Shown here piece by piece: positions 12,693 through 25,958 of a DNA stretch of 64,000 nucleotides. The stretch's first letter is position 1; each line of letters opens with the position of its first letter. Position numbers and translations under genes: made by a program. Source of the DNA: Octopus vulgaris (Eukaryota); the NCBI GenBank assembly GCA_951406725.2, contig OX597821.1:94054001-94118000 (forward strand), in the 5' to 3' direction. A model generated the notes under the pieces. That model was given only the letters and a program-made list of their open reading frames with translations, was not told the origin of the DNA and ran no database searches.

Positions 12693-14761
12693 GCAGTGAT
12701 TAGCAGATTTTGTAGTATCAGACAAAACACCTTGTGGTATTTACATTCTGAGGTATTTACATTTAAGGCGGCGAGCTGGCAGTTTGACTTTAATTTTTTT
12801 GACATTGATAAAAGAAAATGTATTCTGTCAACTATTGGTTCCAGTTTAATCAATTATATCTCCATTCTCAAATTGTAAAGCCTATAAACTTCTGTCTGCA
12901 TAATAAGGGCAAAGTAACACTCAGCTGCAGCAGTACGCAGTACCATCAAAATCAGACATGAAACAACAACGATGATGGCAAATATTACTTTGTTATGTAA
13001 GCAGAAGTCTGAACACCAGAATTTATACTTGTCAGAAAATATTAAAACTACAGATTTGTGGTATAAATGAGTAATAGGTCTACCAAATCTGTACCCTTTT
13101 CTCTATCAATTAATAACCCTATAATTCTTCATGGGGTGGGAGCTTGAATTTCATACTGATTCTCTTAGATCATAAGATTTCAGAGCATCTCTGAGATAAC
13201 ATAAATGGTAAGTTTATGTGCACAAAAAGTCAATGAACACGTATGCAATTTCTACATAAGTCTCACTGTATTTTTTGTTTTGTTTTGTTTTGCTTTTTCT
13301 AATTTTTTTTATTTCTCTTTTTCCTACATATGACATAATTTAAAAACAAAATATTTTAATGAAATTATATAACCTAACTAAAAATTCCATTTCTTTGCTT
13401 TTTTTTTATTATTCTAGGCCCTGATTGAATAACCCTTTCTATTTTACTGATAATAATCCTATCAACTAATATTTTTGTAAGCAAAATTAACATTCTTACC
13501 AGTCACCAATTTGTCTTGAGGCAGCTATGCCTTTTTTTTACATACTTTTGTTCTACTAGCTTTCTCAGATGCTTGTTACTTTCTAGTTTCTTTCCTATCT
13601 GCCCTTCAGTTTAATATTCTTCTCATGGTGGTATTGTAACCTTTACTGTTGTTGTTGTTGCTGTTAGTGTTGTTGTTTAGCCACAATGTCAAACTGATTG
13701 AACAGACTGGGAAATCAAAAGCAACACAGACTTAATCATTTCTTCTCATCCTTTTTCTTTCTTTTTTTTTTTTTCAGACTTTGTGTGTCTGGGATTACAT
13801 TAATGTGTCCATTCTTTTCTAAGATGGTAGGCTGCAGTGACCTGAAATAGATTTAGTTGCTAATTGTAGCTGGTAAAGTCTGCCATATACAGGTTCACTG
13901 CTCCTTCAATGACTTACTGTTGGTGTTGCTGTTTAGCTCCAACTCAGCTATGATTGTGCAGACATGTAATCAAAAGCATTTCATTCCAGCCATGCCATCT
14001 TGTCATTATTCAGACATAATGTATTCAGGACTACATTACATAACGTGTCCATCCTTTTATAAGACAATACAATATCATTTAAGAGAGATTTGGCTGCTAT
14101 TTCTTGCAGTTCATTGGATTTTTGCTGACTGGGAGATACTAAGTATGTTAATAATACCCACTTCAGTATAAGTAATTATTAGATTTCTGAAAACAGTATA
14201 TTGCCAAATTCCTCATCATGGTCATCATTGATTGTCACTATGGTAGAGTGGCAGATAATGAGATGATACCAGACTGGATGCTGATTGGTATTTAATTATC
14301 ATTTTTATATTCATCAGCTCAAATCCAGTCAGGATTAACCTTTTCCCATTTTGATTGTTATCCCTCCAGCTTTTGTTAATTAATACAAGCACCTGCATGT
14401 ACTGGGTTCAATTCGATCAGCAATACCGTCTCCCTTACAAATGGTACCCTACAAATATTTGAGGTTATAGTCAAGGTCATCGCTGTCACCACCACCACCA
14501 TCATCATCTTCATCTTTGTCATATTGTTGTGACACTGCACTAAATGACCAAATGATGTTTCTTTCCATGTAGTGGTCTCTCATCAATGCTGCCTCATGAG
14601 CTAATAAAAGCAATGTGGACTATCGGATGAGATAGTGGATAAATAAAGAATTAGGCCACACCTCCTCTTACCTTGAGTACAAACCCACTATCAAAGGTGA
14701 TATCTTAAAAACTAGCACCATAACGATTTGTACAAGTTCTCTGATAGATAATGACACATTT

Positions 14762-16029
14762 AGGTACTTTTTGGTTATCTCACCTCCATAAAAAAATTGT
14801 GCTATCTTCCCACCCCCGTTTTATGAGAAATATCAGTACTTTTGGTTATCTCCCTCAACTAAAGAAATTGTTTAACCCCCAATGAAAAAAGGAAAAAAGT
14901 TAATGAATATGGCGCAGGAGTAGCTTGCTTACAAACCACATGGTTCCGGGTTCAGTTCCACTGCATGGCACCTTGGGCAAGTGTCTTCTACTATAGCATC
15001 AGGCCGACCAAAGCCTTGTGAGCGGATTTGGTAGACAGAAACTGAAAAGAAGCCCGTCATATATGTATATATGTGTGTGTTTGTGTGTCTCTGTTTGTCC
15101 CCCCAACATCACTTGACACCTGATGCTGGTGTGTTTACATCCTCCTAACATAGCAGTTTGGCAAAAGAGACCGATAGAATAAGTACTAGGCTTACAAAGA
15201 ATAAGTCCTGGGGGTCGATTCGCTTGACTAAAGGCGGTGCTCCAGCATGGCCACAGTCAAATGACTGAAACAAGTAAAAGATGTAAAGATGGAAACTGAA
15301 AAGATGAAACATCACATCGACTCTCATAATATTTTTATAACAAATCATACAAAACTGAGAAAAATTAATAAACAGGAAAACTGAAAAAATTAAACATCTT
15401 ATACAGGTGCAGGAGTGGCTGTGTGGTAAGTAGCTTGCTAACCAACCACATGGTTGCGGGTTCAGTCCCACTGCATGGCATCTTGGGCAAGTGTCTTCTG
15501 CTATAGCCCCGGGCCGACCAATGCCTTGTGAGTGGATTTGGTAGACGGAAACTGAAAGAAGCCTGTCGTATATATGTATATGTATATATATGTATGTGCG
15601 TGTATGTTTGTGTGTCTGTGTTTGTCCCCCTAGCATTGTTTGACAACCGATGCTGGTGTGTTTATGTCCCCGTCACTTAGCGGTTCGGCAAAAGAGACCA
15701 ATAGAATAAGTACTGGGCTTACAAAGAATAAGTCCCGGGGTCGATTTGCTCGACTAAAGGTGGTGCTCCAGCATGACCGCAGTCAAATGACTGAAACAAG
15801 TAAAAGAAAGAATTTTATTGAATCTGATAACATTTTTATAACAATTCATTCCCTGCCTAATGCGGAAGCCAAACGTCAACAACATGTTGAAGTACTGAAT
15901 CAAAAGGATCTAACGTTTTTAATCCAATCCCTTGTCGCCACATAAACTCAATTTTTTAGTGGGGAGATAACCCAATTTTTTTTAATGGTAATTCTTTTTA
16001 ATGGGGGTGAGAAAACCAAAAAGCACCCA
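14762..16029. mobile_element. TIR element (MITE) interrupted by two family A SINEs (about 14910-15287 and 15405-15810, + strand)
   Basis: GGTACTTTTTGGTTATCTCACC ... GGTGAGAAAACCAAAAAGCACC inverted ends flank two SINE copies. Confidence 0.55.
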
Positions 16030-16647
16030 CATCTATACTAGTTGTAAATTATAAAAATAAAACTAGACAATCAAGTCCATTTTCAGACTATTGTCTGACT
16101 GGAAAAGTTGTGAGAAAAAGATGTGATACAAGTCAAATAGCTGAATTGTTTGATAGTTTGTAAGTTCAGTTTCACTGAAATCATTTCAGCTTATGTCTAT
16201 ATATGGTGCTAGAGGTCCTAGAGCACCTCAGCTCATATCTATCATCATCCTTATGTATACTTTTCCAAAATAGACATGGTTTAAACATGCCTTCTTTTTT
16301 TTATGTGATTGGTAAAGATTTACCTCATCAATATATCTTACAACAGCACAGATCTCCCCTCCCTCTCTCTCTCTCTCTCTCTCCACCACCACTATAATAG
16401 CTTCTATTCCTTCACCTCCACCTATGTCTACCTGATTCACCTACCTCTCACCATTCCTGTTTTGTCTCGCACTCAAAAATCCCACACATAGCACTTCACC
16501 TTCTCCTTCCCATCAGAAATGCATCTCTCTGGAGCAACCACCCTGCACACATTTCCTTTACAGACATCAGCCTACTGAAGTTCAAACTGAACATCAGCCA
16601 CATCAATGTTACTAGTATAGGAGCTCACTCAAAATCATGAGTACCCT

Positions 16648-17050
16648 TTACTCTTTTACTCTTTTACTTGTTTCAGTCATTTGACTGAGGCCATGCTGGA
16701 GCACCGCCTTTAATCGAGCAACTCGACCCCGGGACTTATTCTTTTGTAAGCCCAGTACTTATTCTATCGGTCTCTTTTGCCGAACCGCTAAGTGACGGGG
16801 ACATAAACACACCAGCATCGGTTGTCAAGCAATGCTAGGGGGACCAACACAGACTCACAAACACACACATGCATACATATATACACATATATACGACGGG
16901 CTTCTTTCAGTTTCCGTCTACCAAATCCACTCACAAGGCTTTGGTCGGCCTGAGGCTATAGTAGAAGACACTTGCCCAAGGTGCCACGCAGTGGGACTGA
17001 ACCCGGAACAATGTGGTTGGTAAACAAGCTACTTACCACACAGCCACTCC
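16648..17050 (-). mobile_element. SINE family A
   Basis: Reverse-complement full-length copy. Confidence 0.85.
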
Positions 17051-19086
17051 TTCAAAAAATTTTAATAAATATACTATGCTTTACTAAAATATTTAGTTGA
17101 TATTTGTTAAAATATTTCTGCTAACCATCGTAATTTGCATTATACTATTGACTTATTGAAAGCACTTGTACTACCATAGTCATTGATATCCTACATTCCA
17201 GCATCTTTGATGGGAGATCTTGCTTGAGTAATATACGTTCATTTACCTATGTTGATCCCCTCCATCTGTGTAGGGTTCTGAATTTTTTTTTTTTTTAGCT
17301 CATGGAACACTGAACTTTGAAACACAATTGACACTTGAAATGAATTGAATTTTTTTTCCTTATTTCATTACCATCACCATTATCATCTCCATCATCATCT
17401 GTATTTTGTATTTTTTTTTTCATGCTTATATGGGTTTCATGGATCTCACAATTCTTCATCTAACAGGCAGAACAACAGAGAAAACCACCTAGCTTTGTTG
17501 ATGTGTATGTTATTTTATACATGATTTTAGTTGCTGGATTTCACCAGCCACTTTACAATATGGATTGTATGCATCTTATCTTAATCAGGTCCCCAGTACT
17601 AGAGAGGTTGATTGTAGCAGGATTGTACTGTCTCCTCTACCCATTATTTTCCATATGGTAGTAGTCTGACTCAGTTGAAAGGAATGTAAGGTACCTTACT
17701 GGGGTAGTAGTCTAAGGCTGTCTCTTTAGAAGGTGATGGAGAAGTCGTTTTGGTATGAAGGATAGTTCAACTTTAATGGAGCAATGTACTGACGTAAGGT
17801 ACTTGTTAGTAAGTCTCTAGTTATTTATAAAATTAAACCAGTGAGTGAAACTACAGTATAGTAGCTAAATTTATGTGAAAATATTGCTACAATATCTCCT
17901 ATGCCACCTTCTAAAAGGAAGGACATATTGGATAAGATAATCATAGATACATTCATCAGTATTTAACATCTGTCTTCTATGTAAGTACGTGCTGGACAGT
18001 TAAACATCTGAAATTTTGGAGGATTTCATTGTCTACTTTGATATGGTTTCTGTAGTTGGATGCCCTTCCAAATACCTATCACTTAACCAAGTGTACTAGT
18101 GCTTTTTTTTCTATTTTCTTTTCTTTTTTTTTTCTTTTGTGAAACCAGCACTTGTAAGGTCATCATGTAACTCACAAGATCCCCTTCAACTGGGTGGGAG
18201 TACAGAAGAGAGAGAAGTGGTTTTTGAGGTTAAAATATGAAAAACAGGATCGAAGTAGGTTTCTTGTTGCTGAGGATATAAATCTGTCTTATTACATAAA
18301 AGTGGGAGTAATCAGGATGGAAGTGGATAGAGATAAAGATTGTGGCAACAAGGTAACAGAGTAGGCCCTCAAGGTATCAGGTGAATATTAAAAAGGGTGT
18401 ATATAGAAGATCTGGTTTGTGTGGGTAGAGGTTATAGGAAATATTAGGAGAGAGTGAGGGATGGTCAGAGATGAGGAGTAGGGTAGGAGGAATTGTGAAC
18501 AAAGGTAGAAGGGCAGTCAATAAATAAATATAAGTTTTTGGAGAAAAAATAGGGGAAAGGAGGTGATGACTGACTGTACAGAAAGGGTGAAGAGCAGCAG
18601 AATATTTTCAGTAGATAGAGGGGAAATGACAGGAATGGGATGATGGTTTGTGTTGGTGTCTGAAAGAAAATGATTGGATGGTTGAAGTTGAAACCTCTTT
18701 GATAAATAAATCAACTCAAACACACTGACCTGAGAGCTAAACAACAACAACAATGTCAATTAATCTAAAGGAAATATATAAAAAAAAAAAAGTAGAAACA
18801 ATTTCCTTCATATTGCCATGGAAATACAGGTGTAAAACAGCAACAACAATTAAAAAAAAAGTAATAACAATAAATTTAACCAATTTATAGAGGGCTTCCT
18901 TGACTCTTTGCTCTCAACACATTAAATTAATCCAACTCCGATATTCTTGAAATAAACATGTTATTTTATCATTTAATTTTTCACTTAACATGTTTTCCTT
19001 TTAATAGCATCAACAAGACATGTTTGTTTTGTGTTTCACATTTTACTTCTGCCTTCAATGACCACACCAGCCATGCATGTCCCTTA

Positions 19087-19640
19087 AAGTAGTTTGCTTT
19101 TCTATAGAGCAGTTTGCCTTATATTTTCTCATAAAGCAGTTTTAAATTTTCCATAAAGCAGTTTGCCTTATCTTTCATCATAGAGCAGTTTGCCTTATAT
19201 TTTCTCATAAAGCAGTTTGCCTTATCTTTCATCATAGAGCAGTTTGCCTTATATTTTCTCATAAAGCAGTTTGCCTTATCTTTCATCATAGAGCAGTGTG
19301 TGCCTTAGATTTTCCCATAAAGCAGTAGTCCTTCCTTTTCCCTGCAAAGCAATTTGCCTTCCCTTTCTCCATAGAGCCATTTGCCTTATCTTTCTTCATA
19401 TAACACTTTGCTTTTTCTTTATAAAGTAGCTTGCCTTACATATCTCCATAAAGTAATTTGCCTTACCTTTTAAAGTAGTTTGTTTTAGAATAGAATAAAT
19501 AAAGCAGTGTTTGCCTTACAGCATTCCTTCGCAATATTCCTTACCTTTCTCCATAAAGCACTTTGCCCTAATGCGGTTTGCCATACCTTTCATTATAAAG
19601 CATTTTGTCATACCTTGCTCCATTAAACAGTTTACCTTAC
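19087..19640. repeat. Minisatellite, 27-28 bp unit (core AGCAGTTTGCCTTA), alternating dimer
   Basis: Alternating ...TATTTTCTCATA and ...TCTTTCATCATA units at 19105-19300, decaying to the right. Confidence 0.85.
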
Positions 19641-20369
19641 ATTTTCTCTTGCACAGGTGTCTCAGGTTTGCATTTCTCACAGTAGCACTAAATTTCCTTT
19701 TTTCAGAATTATTTTCACTTTATTGTGGCTCCTTTCAAATTTATGTGGCAATAAAGAATTTAAGTCATATATTTCTGTTTGTTCAATGATTTGCCGTCTT
19801 TTTGTGGAAATAGAAGTGGCTTACGAAAGAAGAGTTCTGCATCAAGGCCAAGATACTACAACTTTTATTCACTGTGCTCCCATACCAGCTGTATTATATG
19901 TCTAAACATCTGTAATAAGCTACTATCATATAATTTCTCACACTATTAACCCTTTAGTGTTTGCATTATTCTACCAAAATTAATGCTTATTCATCCACAT
20001 TGTTTTGAACTAATCCTGCTTTATCTTGTAGCGATGAGATTTTGATGAGGTAACTGTTAATTTTTAAAACGACATTGTAGGGTTGGTGTGAGAGACAAGA
20101 TCTGGTCAGTTTGAACATAAAAACAGGCAGAATACCTTTGGCCGGATATGGCCAGTTTAAATGCTAATGGGTTAAAATATACTTCTAGAGATAAAAGGTT
20201 TCTACTTTTTTTTTTTCGCAATATTGAAAACTAACTGTTAATATTCTAGATGCATAGCAGATTTAAGTATTGTGATTGATTGCATAACAGCCAAATCTCC
20301 CTCAGATTGCACCCCACTGTTTTAAAAGGAAAGAGGAAGCGCTTATATTGGATAATGTACTCCTAGATA

Positions 20370-20565
20370 CATCATCATCATCATCATCGTTTAGCGTCCG
20401 CTTTCCCTGCTAGCATGGGTTGGACGGTTCAACTAGGGTCTGGGAAGCCAGAAGGCTGCGCCAGGCCCAGTCTGATCTGGCAATGTTTCTATGGCTGGAT
20501 GCCCTTCCTAACGCCAACCACTCCGTGAGTGTAGTGGGTGCTTTTTATGTGCCACTGGCACAGTC
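20370..20565 (-). mobile_element. RTE 3' tail fragment
   Basis: Same family, short copy. Confidence 0.75.
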
Positions 20566-21744
20566 ATAGGTGAAGTGCTTTGATCACAGGTCTGCTTGCA
20601 CATTGCTGACTTTGTGTTAATAAACTTGAGACCTGCAATCTCTCTAAGGGAGCATTTATCTCTCATATTTATCATTCTTTTTCTATTGCCCTTAAGTAAA
20701 TTAACCACTGATCCTTAAAATTTTCTTAATTCTTTGGAGATCTTTGTAATACATGTACTCAGAACATATAAAATGGTGGCAACATTTATAAAATGGTTGG
20801 CAAACAAGCAGAGACTATATAGGGTTGAGATAACCAGTTACCATTATATAGGGTTGAGAGAACCCTTTAGCATTTAAACTGGCCATATCTGGCCTAAATA
20901 TTCTACCTCTTTCATGTTCAAACTGGCCAGATCTGGCATGTCACACCTACCCTACAATGTCATTTTAATAATAGACAATTGCACCATCAAAATCTCAAAG
21001 CTACAAGATAATGCATGATTAATTCAGAACAATGAATAAATAAATCTATTTGACAGAGTAATATGAACACTAAAAGTTTAACCTATCTAGGTGAGCAATA
21101 ACACTGAATATTAATTGATTTTGACCATGTTGACTCTTCCAACCTATACCAATAGAAAGTGAAGATAAAATGGTGATTATTGATAACAATGATAATTTAG
21201 GATTAAGTGTTTCACTCTTCTTTTTGGTTCAGAGAAGGCACTAGGAAATTGTTCTAGTGCTCAGAGTTCTTGCTTCCACTCCAGCCTAAAAAGAATCCCT
21301 CAGTCATTTTCCATTCTGACCTGGAATACACATGGTGGATGTGCTGGTGTACAGCAATCTTTGACAGCATTTTCTGCAAAAGCTTATTACACTCTTCTCT
21401 CTGCCACAACTACCATATGGATATTTTACTTAGCTATAGTCTGTTATCCTCTAGAAGAAAGAGAAGCTGGTAAAATCATTATAGTGGGGAGAAAAAAATT
21501 CCCCATGGTTTTTGTTCTGATTCTTCACATTCTGAGTTCAAATCCCACAAACCTCAACTCTGCCTTTCATTCTCCGAGGTTCAATGAAACATAGAAATAG
21601 TCAAGTACTGAGGGTCAGTGATATTAAGCAAACCCCCCTCCTCTCAAAATTGCTGGCCTTCTGTCTAAATCATTAACCCTTACTCCATAATAATTTTTCT
21701 TATAATTGTGAAGACAATAATACAGCTGGTTTTGGTACATTTTG

Positions 21745-22777
21745 TTACTCGCTTTACTTGTTTCAGTCATTTGACTATGGCCATGCTGCAGCACCGCCTT
21801 TAATCGAGCAACTTGACCCCGGGACTTATTCTTTTGTAAGCCCAGTACTTATTCTATCGGTCTCTTTTGCCGAACCGCTAAGTGACGGGGACATAAACAC
21901 ACCAGCATCGGTTGTCAAGCAATGCTAGGGGGACAAACACAGACACACAAACACACACATGCATATATATATATACATATATACGACGGGCTTCTTTCAG
22001 TTTCCGTCTACCAAATCCAGTCACAAGGCTTTGGTCGGCCCGAGGCTATAGTAGAAGACACTTGTCCAAGGTGCCACGCAGTGGGACTGAACCCTGAACC
22101 ATGTGGTTGGTAAACAAGTTACTTACCACACAGCCACTCCTGTTCCTTGCTTCCTAACGTAAACACAGGCCACAATGTTGGAATAAGGGCTATAGTTGAT
22201 CAAATCTACCTTAGTAACTCTGGAAGGATAAAAAAGGCGAAGTCAACTTAAGTTTGATTTGAACTCAGGGCTATAAAGGATCATAACTGAATACTGCAAA
22301 GCATTCTGCTCAACTCTGCTGTCTCAGCTGCTTACCAATCCCTTTACTTTTTCTTTTATTCTTTTACTTGTTTCAGTCATTTGACTGCGGCCATGTTGGA
22401 GCACCACCTTGGAGGGTTTTAGTCAAATAAATCGACCGCCAGAACTTATTTTTTTAAGCCTAGCACTTATTCTGTCGATCTCTTTTGCCAAACTGCTAAA
22501 TTACGGGGACGTAAACACACCAACACCGGTTGTCAAGCGATGATGGTGGGGGACAAACATAGGCACAAAGGCACACGCACATAGATAGATACATACACAC
22601 ACACACACACACACAACTGGCTTCTTTCAGTTTCCGACTACCAAATGCACTCACAAGGCTTTGGTTGGCCCAAGGCTACAGTAGAAGACACTTGTCCAAG
22701 GTACCATGCAGTGGGACTGAACCTGGAACCATGTAGTTGAAAAGCAAGCTTCTTACCACACAGCCATGCCTGTGCCT
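21745..22777 (-). mobile_element. Two family A SINEs (about 21745-22143 and 22350-22777)
   Basis: Reverse-complement matches to the family A head and tail. Confidence 0.8.
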
Positions 22778-24065
22778 AAACTTTTCATTTTTTTTTTTCT
22801 TTTATTTTCTTTAGCCCTAGGACTCATAAGGCTGGTTACTCAATTTCCATGCCATACAAGTGACCGAAATCACAACAATCCACCTGAACAGGATACCAGT
22901 CTATTGCATTGCTCTTCATTAATGCCACAAAATTTACCTTCTAAATTACAATCTATTTTCAGAAGTTTGCCATTTTCACATTTTAAAATACCTTGGCACT
23001 TTTATGGTTTTTTGTACTGTATAAAAACTTGCATTCTCATTCTCTCTTTGTCAAATTTGTTTCCTGATCACACACCCTTTATTTGTTATATTTCACTGTG
23101 AATGCCTTGTTTTTTGATGTCTAGGTGTGTGTTGGTTTGTTTGTTTGTTCTTTTATTATTTTACAGTGTCTCCTGATCCTTCAAAAGAATTTAAGATTTT
23201 CTATTCCTTGCACTCTCTCTCTTTCTCTCTCTCTCTCTATCTATCTATATATATATATACGTCCCACCCATGCCAGCATAGCAGACGAATGTTAAGTAAT
23301 GATGATGATGATATATATTTATATATGTTATCCTTGTCTCTCTTCTGCCCTTTTTATCCCCCTTTCTCTCTCTCTCTCTCTCACCTTAAAAACTGACCCA
23401 TGCATTTCTCTGTTTATTCAAAACAAGAATAAAATTGGCTTTGGGGTGAGAGGGTGAATTTGAATTTTCTTAAATCTTGCTTGAATTTGTTAGAATGTTT
23501 TGACTCTTAGAGTCAACAAAGTGCACATATGAAGGATATTTAGCCCAGTACATACACACACACACACACAAATGTTGCAGATCTTAACTTGATATGTGGT
23601 CATTTTGTTGTATGAAGGTAATTCTGTGAACCCTACATTACCTTAGTACATCTAGCTTTCAGGAATATGTGCTTTTGTCATTTAGTGATATTAATTGTAA
23701 TAGAGTTGAAAAAGGCTGAGAAAGTAGTTTATATTCATGCAAAAGAAAAAGGAGAAAATGGAGATTTTGAAGTTAATAAGAGTTTATTATCAGCAACAAA
23801 TCGATCATTATCCTTTACTGCTGTTTCAATTATACAAAGTGAAGTTAATTGAATATTAAATTTATATTTCTGAGCATAATCTCTTCAGAGGGAAAAAAAT
23901 GTATATATACCCTTAGATTTTATGTATGTTTGTAGATTCATCACAGCAGAGTCTGTGGTGATGACTCTACGAACAAACATACATAACATCTAAAGGTATA
24001 TATATATTTTTTTTGTTTTCCCTCTCAAGAGATTATGCTCTTTTTCTGGTATATATATATATATA

Positions 24066-24392
24066 GCCAGCCTCGCCTGGCCCCCGTGCCGGTGGCACGT
24101 AAAAGCACCATCCGTTCGTGTCCGTTGCCAGCCTCTCCTGGCCCCCGTGCCGGTGGCACGTAAAAGCACCATCCGTTCGTGGCCGTTTGCCAGCTCCGTC
24201 TGGCACCTGTGCGGGTGGCACGTAAAAAGCACACACTACACTCACGGAGTGGTTGGCGTTAGGAAGGGCATCCAGCCGTAGAAACACTGCCAGATCAGAC
24301 TGGGCCTGATGCAGCCTTCTGGCTTCATAGACCCCAGTTGAACCGTCCAACCCATGCTAGCATGGAAAGCGGATGCTAAATGATGATGATGA
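24066..24392 (+). mobile_element. RTE 3' UTR fragment (sense orientation) in (TA)n
   Basis: Three CGTGCCGGTGGCACGTAAAAGCACC-type units, GGAAGGGCATCCAGCC, (GAT)n tail. Confidence 0.8.
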
Positions 24393-24418
24393 TATATATA
24401 TATATATATATATATATA

Positions 24419-24928
24419 ATCAAAATAAGGGTGAAAAAATTGGATATTAATTTAATAACATCAATTTAACACCAGTGGTTTAGCGCATAAAAAAACTGAG
24501 ATTCAGTAAATATTATTAATGCACAAATATGAGAGAGAATCCACTATGTGGATGTTCTAATGCTAAAAATAGATCCGCAAAGGTCTGAACCACTAAGAAT
24601 TGTTCTCGAGAAAAATTTAGCTCACTATGAAACATAAGCGAGCAGGACAAATGAAAAATAACAAAAATATAGATTAACCCCAGACAATTGTTTCACTGTT
24701 AATAAATTATGCAATTTTACTTGCATAATTTATTAAATTGCATAATTTATTAACAGTGAAACAATTGTCTGGGGTTAATCTATATTTTTGTTATTTTTCA
24801 TTTGTCCTGCTTGCTTACGTTTCATAGTCTGCTAAATTCTTCTCGAGAACAATTCTTAGTGGTTCAGACCCTTGCGGATTTATTTTTAGCATTAGAGCGT
24901 CCACATAGTGGATTCTCTCTCATATTCG
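24419..24928. mobile_element. Asymmetric fold-back element in (TA)n, Penelope-like pLTR architecture
   Basis: About 190-bp inverted arms 24526-24717 and 24735-24926, plus about 105 bp unpaired tail. GAAA-CAATTG-TC hammerhead 3' half in each arm. Confidence 0.65.
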
Positions 24929-25366
24929 TATATATATATATAAATATATATATTCTTTTATTCTTGTTTCAGTCATCTGACTGCGGCCATGCTGTAGCCC
25001 TGCATTGAAGGATTCTAGTCGACCCCCAGAACTTATTCTTTAAGCCTAGTACTTATTTTGTTGATCTCTTTTGCCAAACCACTAAGTTACAGGGACATAA
25101 ACACACCAATACCAGTTATCAAGAGGTGATGGGGCGAAAAAAACAGGCACAAAGACATACACAAATAGATATATACAGATAGGTAGATAGATATACGATG
25201 GGCTTTTTTCTATAAATATTGTTAATTATCAAATAAGTGAAAGTAACTTTATTTAATCCTCAATGTATTTTTGTCTTAAACCAAGTGACGTAACATTGTT
25301 ATGTGTGTTTGTGTATGTGCGAGAGAGATTTGTAATATTCCTTTCTTCTTGCTTTTATCTTTTCAG

Positions 25367-25415
25367 TAAAGACAGAGCTCGACGGATACATTCTCCAAAC
25401 AGTTCCCTTGTGTGA
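25367..25415 (+). CDS. DOCK7: Probable last coding exon of the DOCK-C gene: (S)KDRARRIHSPNSSLV*
   Basis: Long pyrimidine tract ending tttcag at 25366. Phase 2 matches the donor at 10617. Stop TGA at 25413-25415, followed by UTR-like sequence. No homology support was available, so less certain. Confidence 0.65.
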
Positions 25416-25912
25416 AATACGAAAGACAAGCCCGACCAGACAGCTACTGACAGTCATCCTTGTTCTGCCTTTTATTGTTGTTGTTGTTAAAGAAAAAAAA
25501 ATTTGGGGTGGGGTAGTCACTAAGGTTATTCTTACTGCTACCATGCTCAATCCTACAGCTATTGTTGCAATTTTTTCCACTTGCCAACCTCCACAGACTT
25601 TTTACTACATAGTGAGTGTGTGTATGTGTATATATATATATATATGTATAAATATATGTATAAAACTATCAGCTATTGTTGCATTTCCCCCACCCAACCT
25701 CCCAGCATCCCATGAATATATTTTTACCATATACATACATGGATGTGTGTATATGTGTGTGTATGCATTTATATATACACATGCATACAGACTATCAACA
25801 ATTGTTGCATTTCCTCTTTCCAATAACCAGTGATTTCTCTTTACCCTGTATGTGTCTGTATGTATGTGTGTGTGTGTGTATATGTATATGTGTGTATATA
25901 TATATATGTATG

Positions 25913-25956
<44 letters not shown>

Positions 25957-25958
<2 letters not shown>

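Noticed and set aside
19087-19640. CRISPR-like array
   Set aside because: Eukaryotic context, head-to-tail units without unique spacers, no cas genes.
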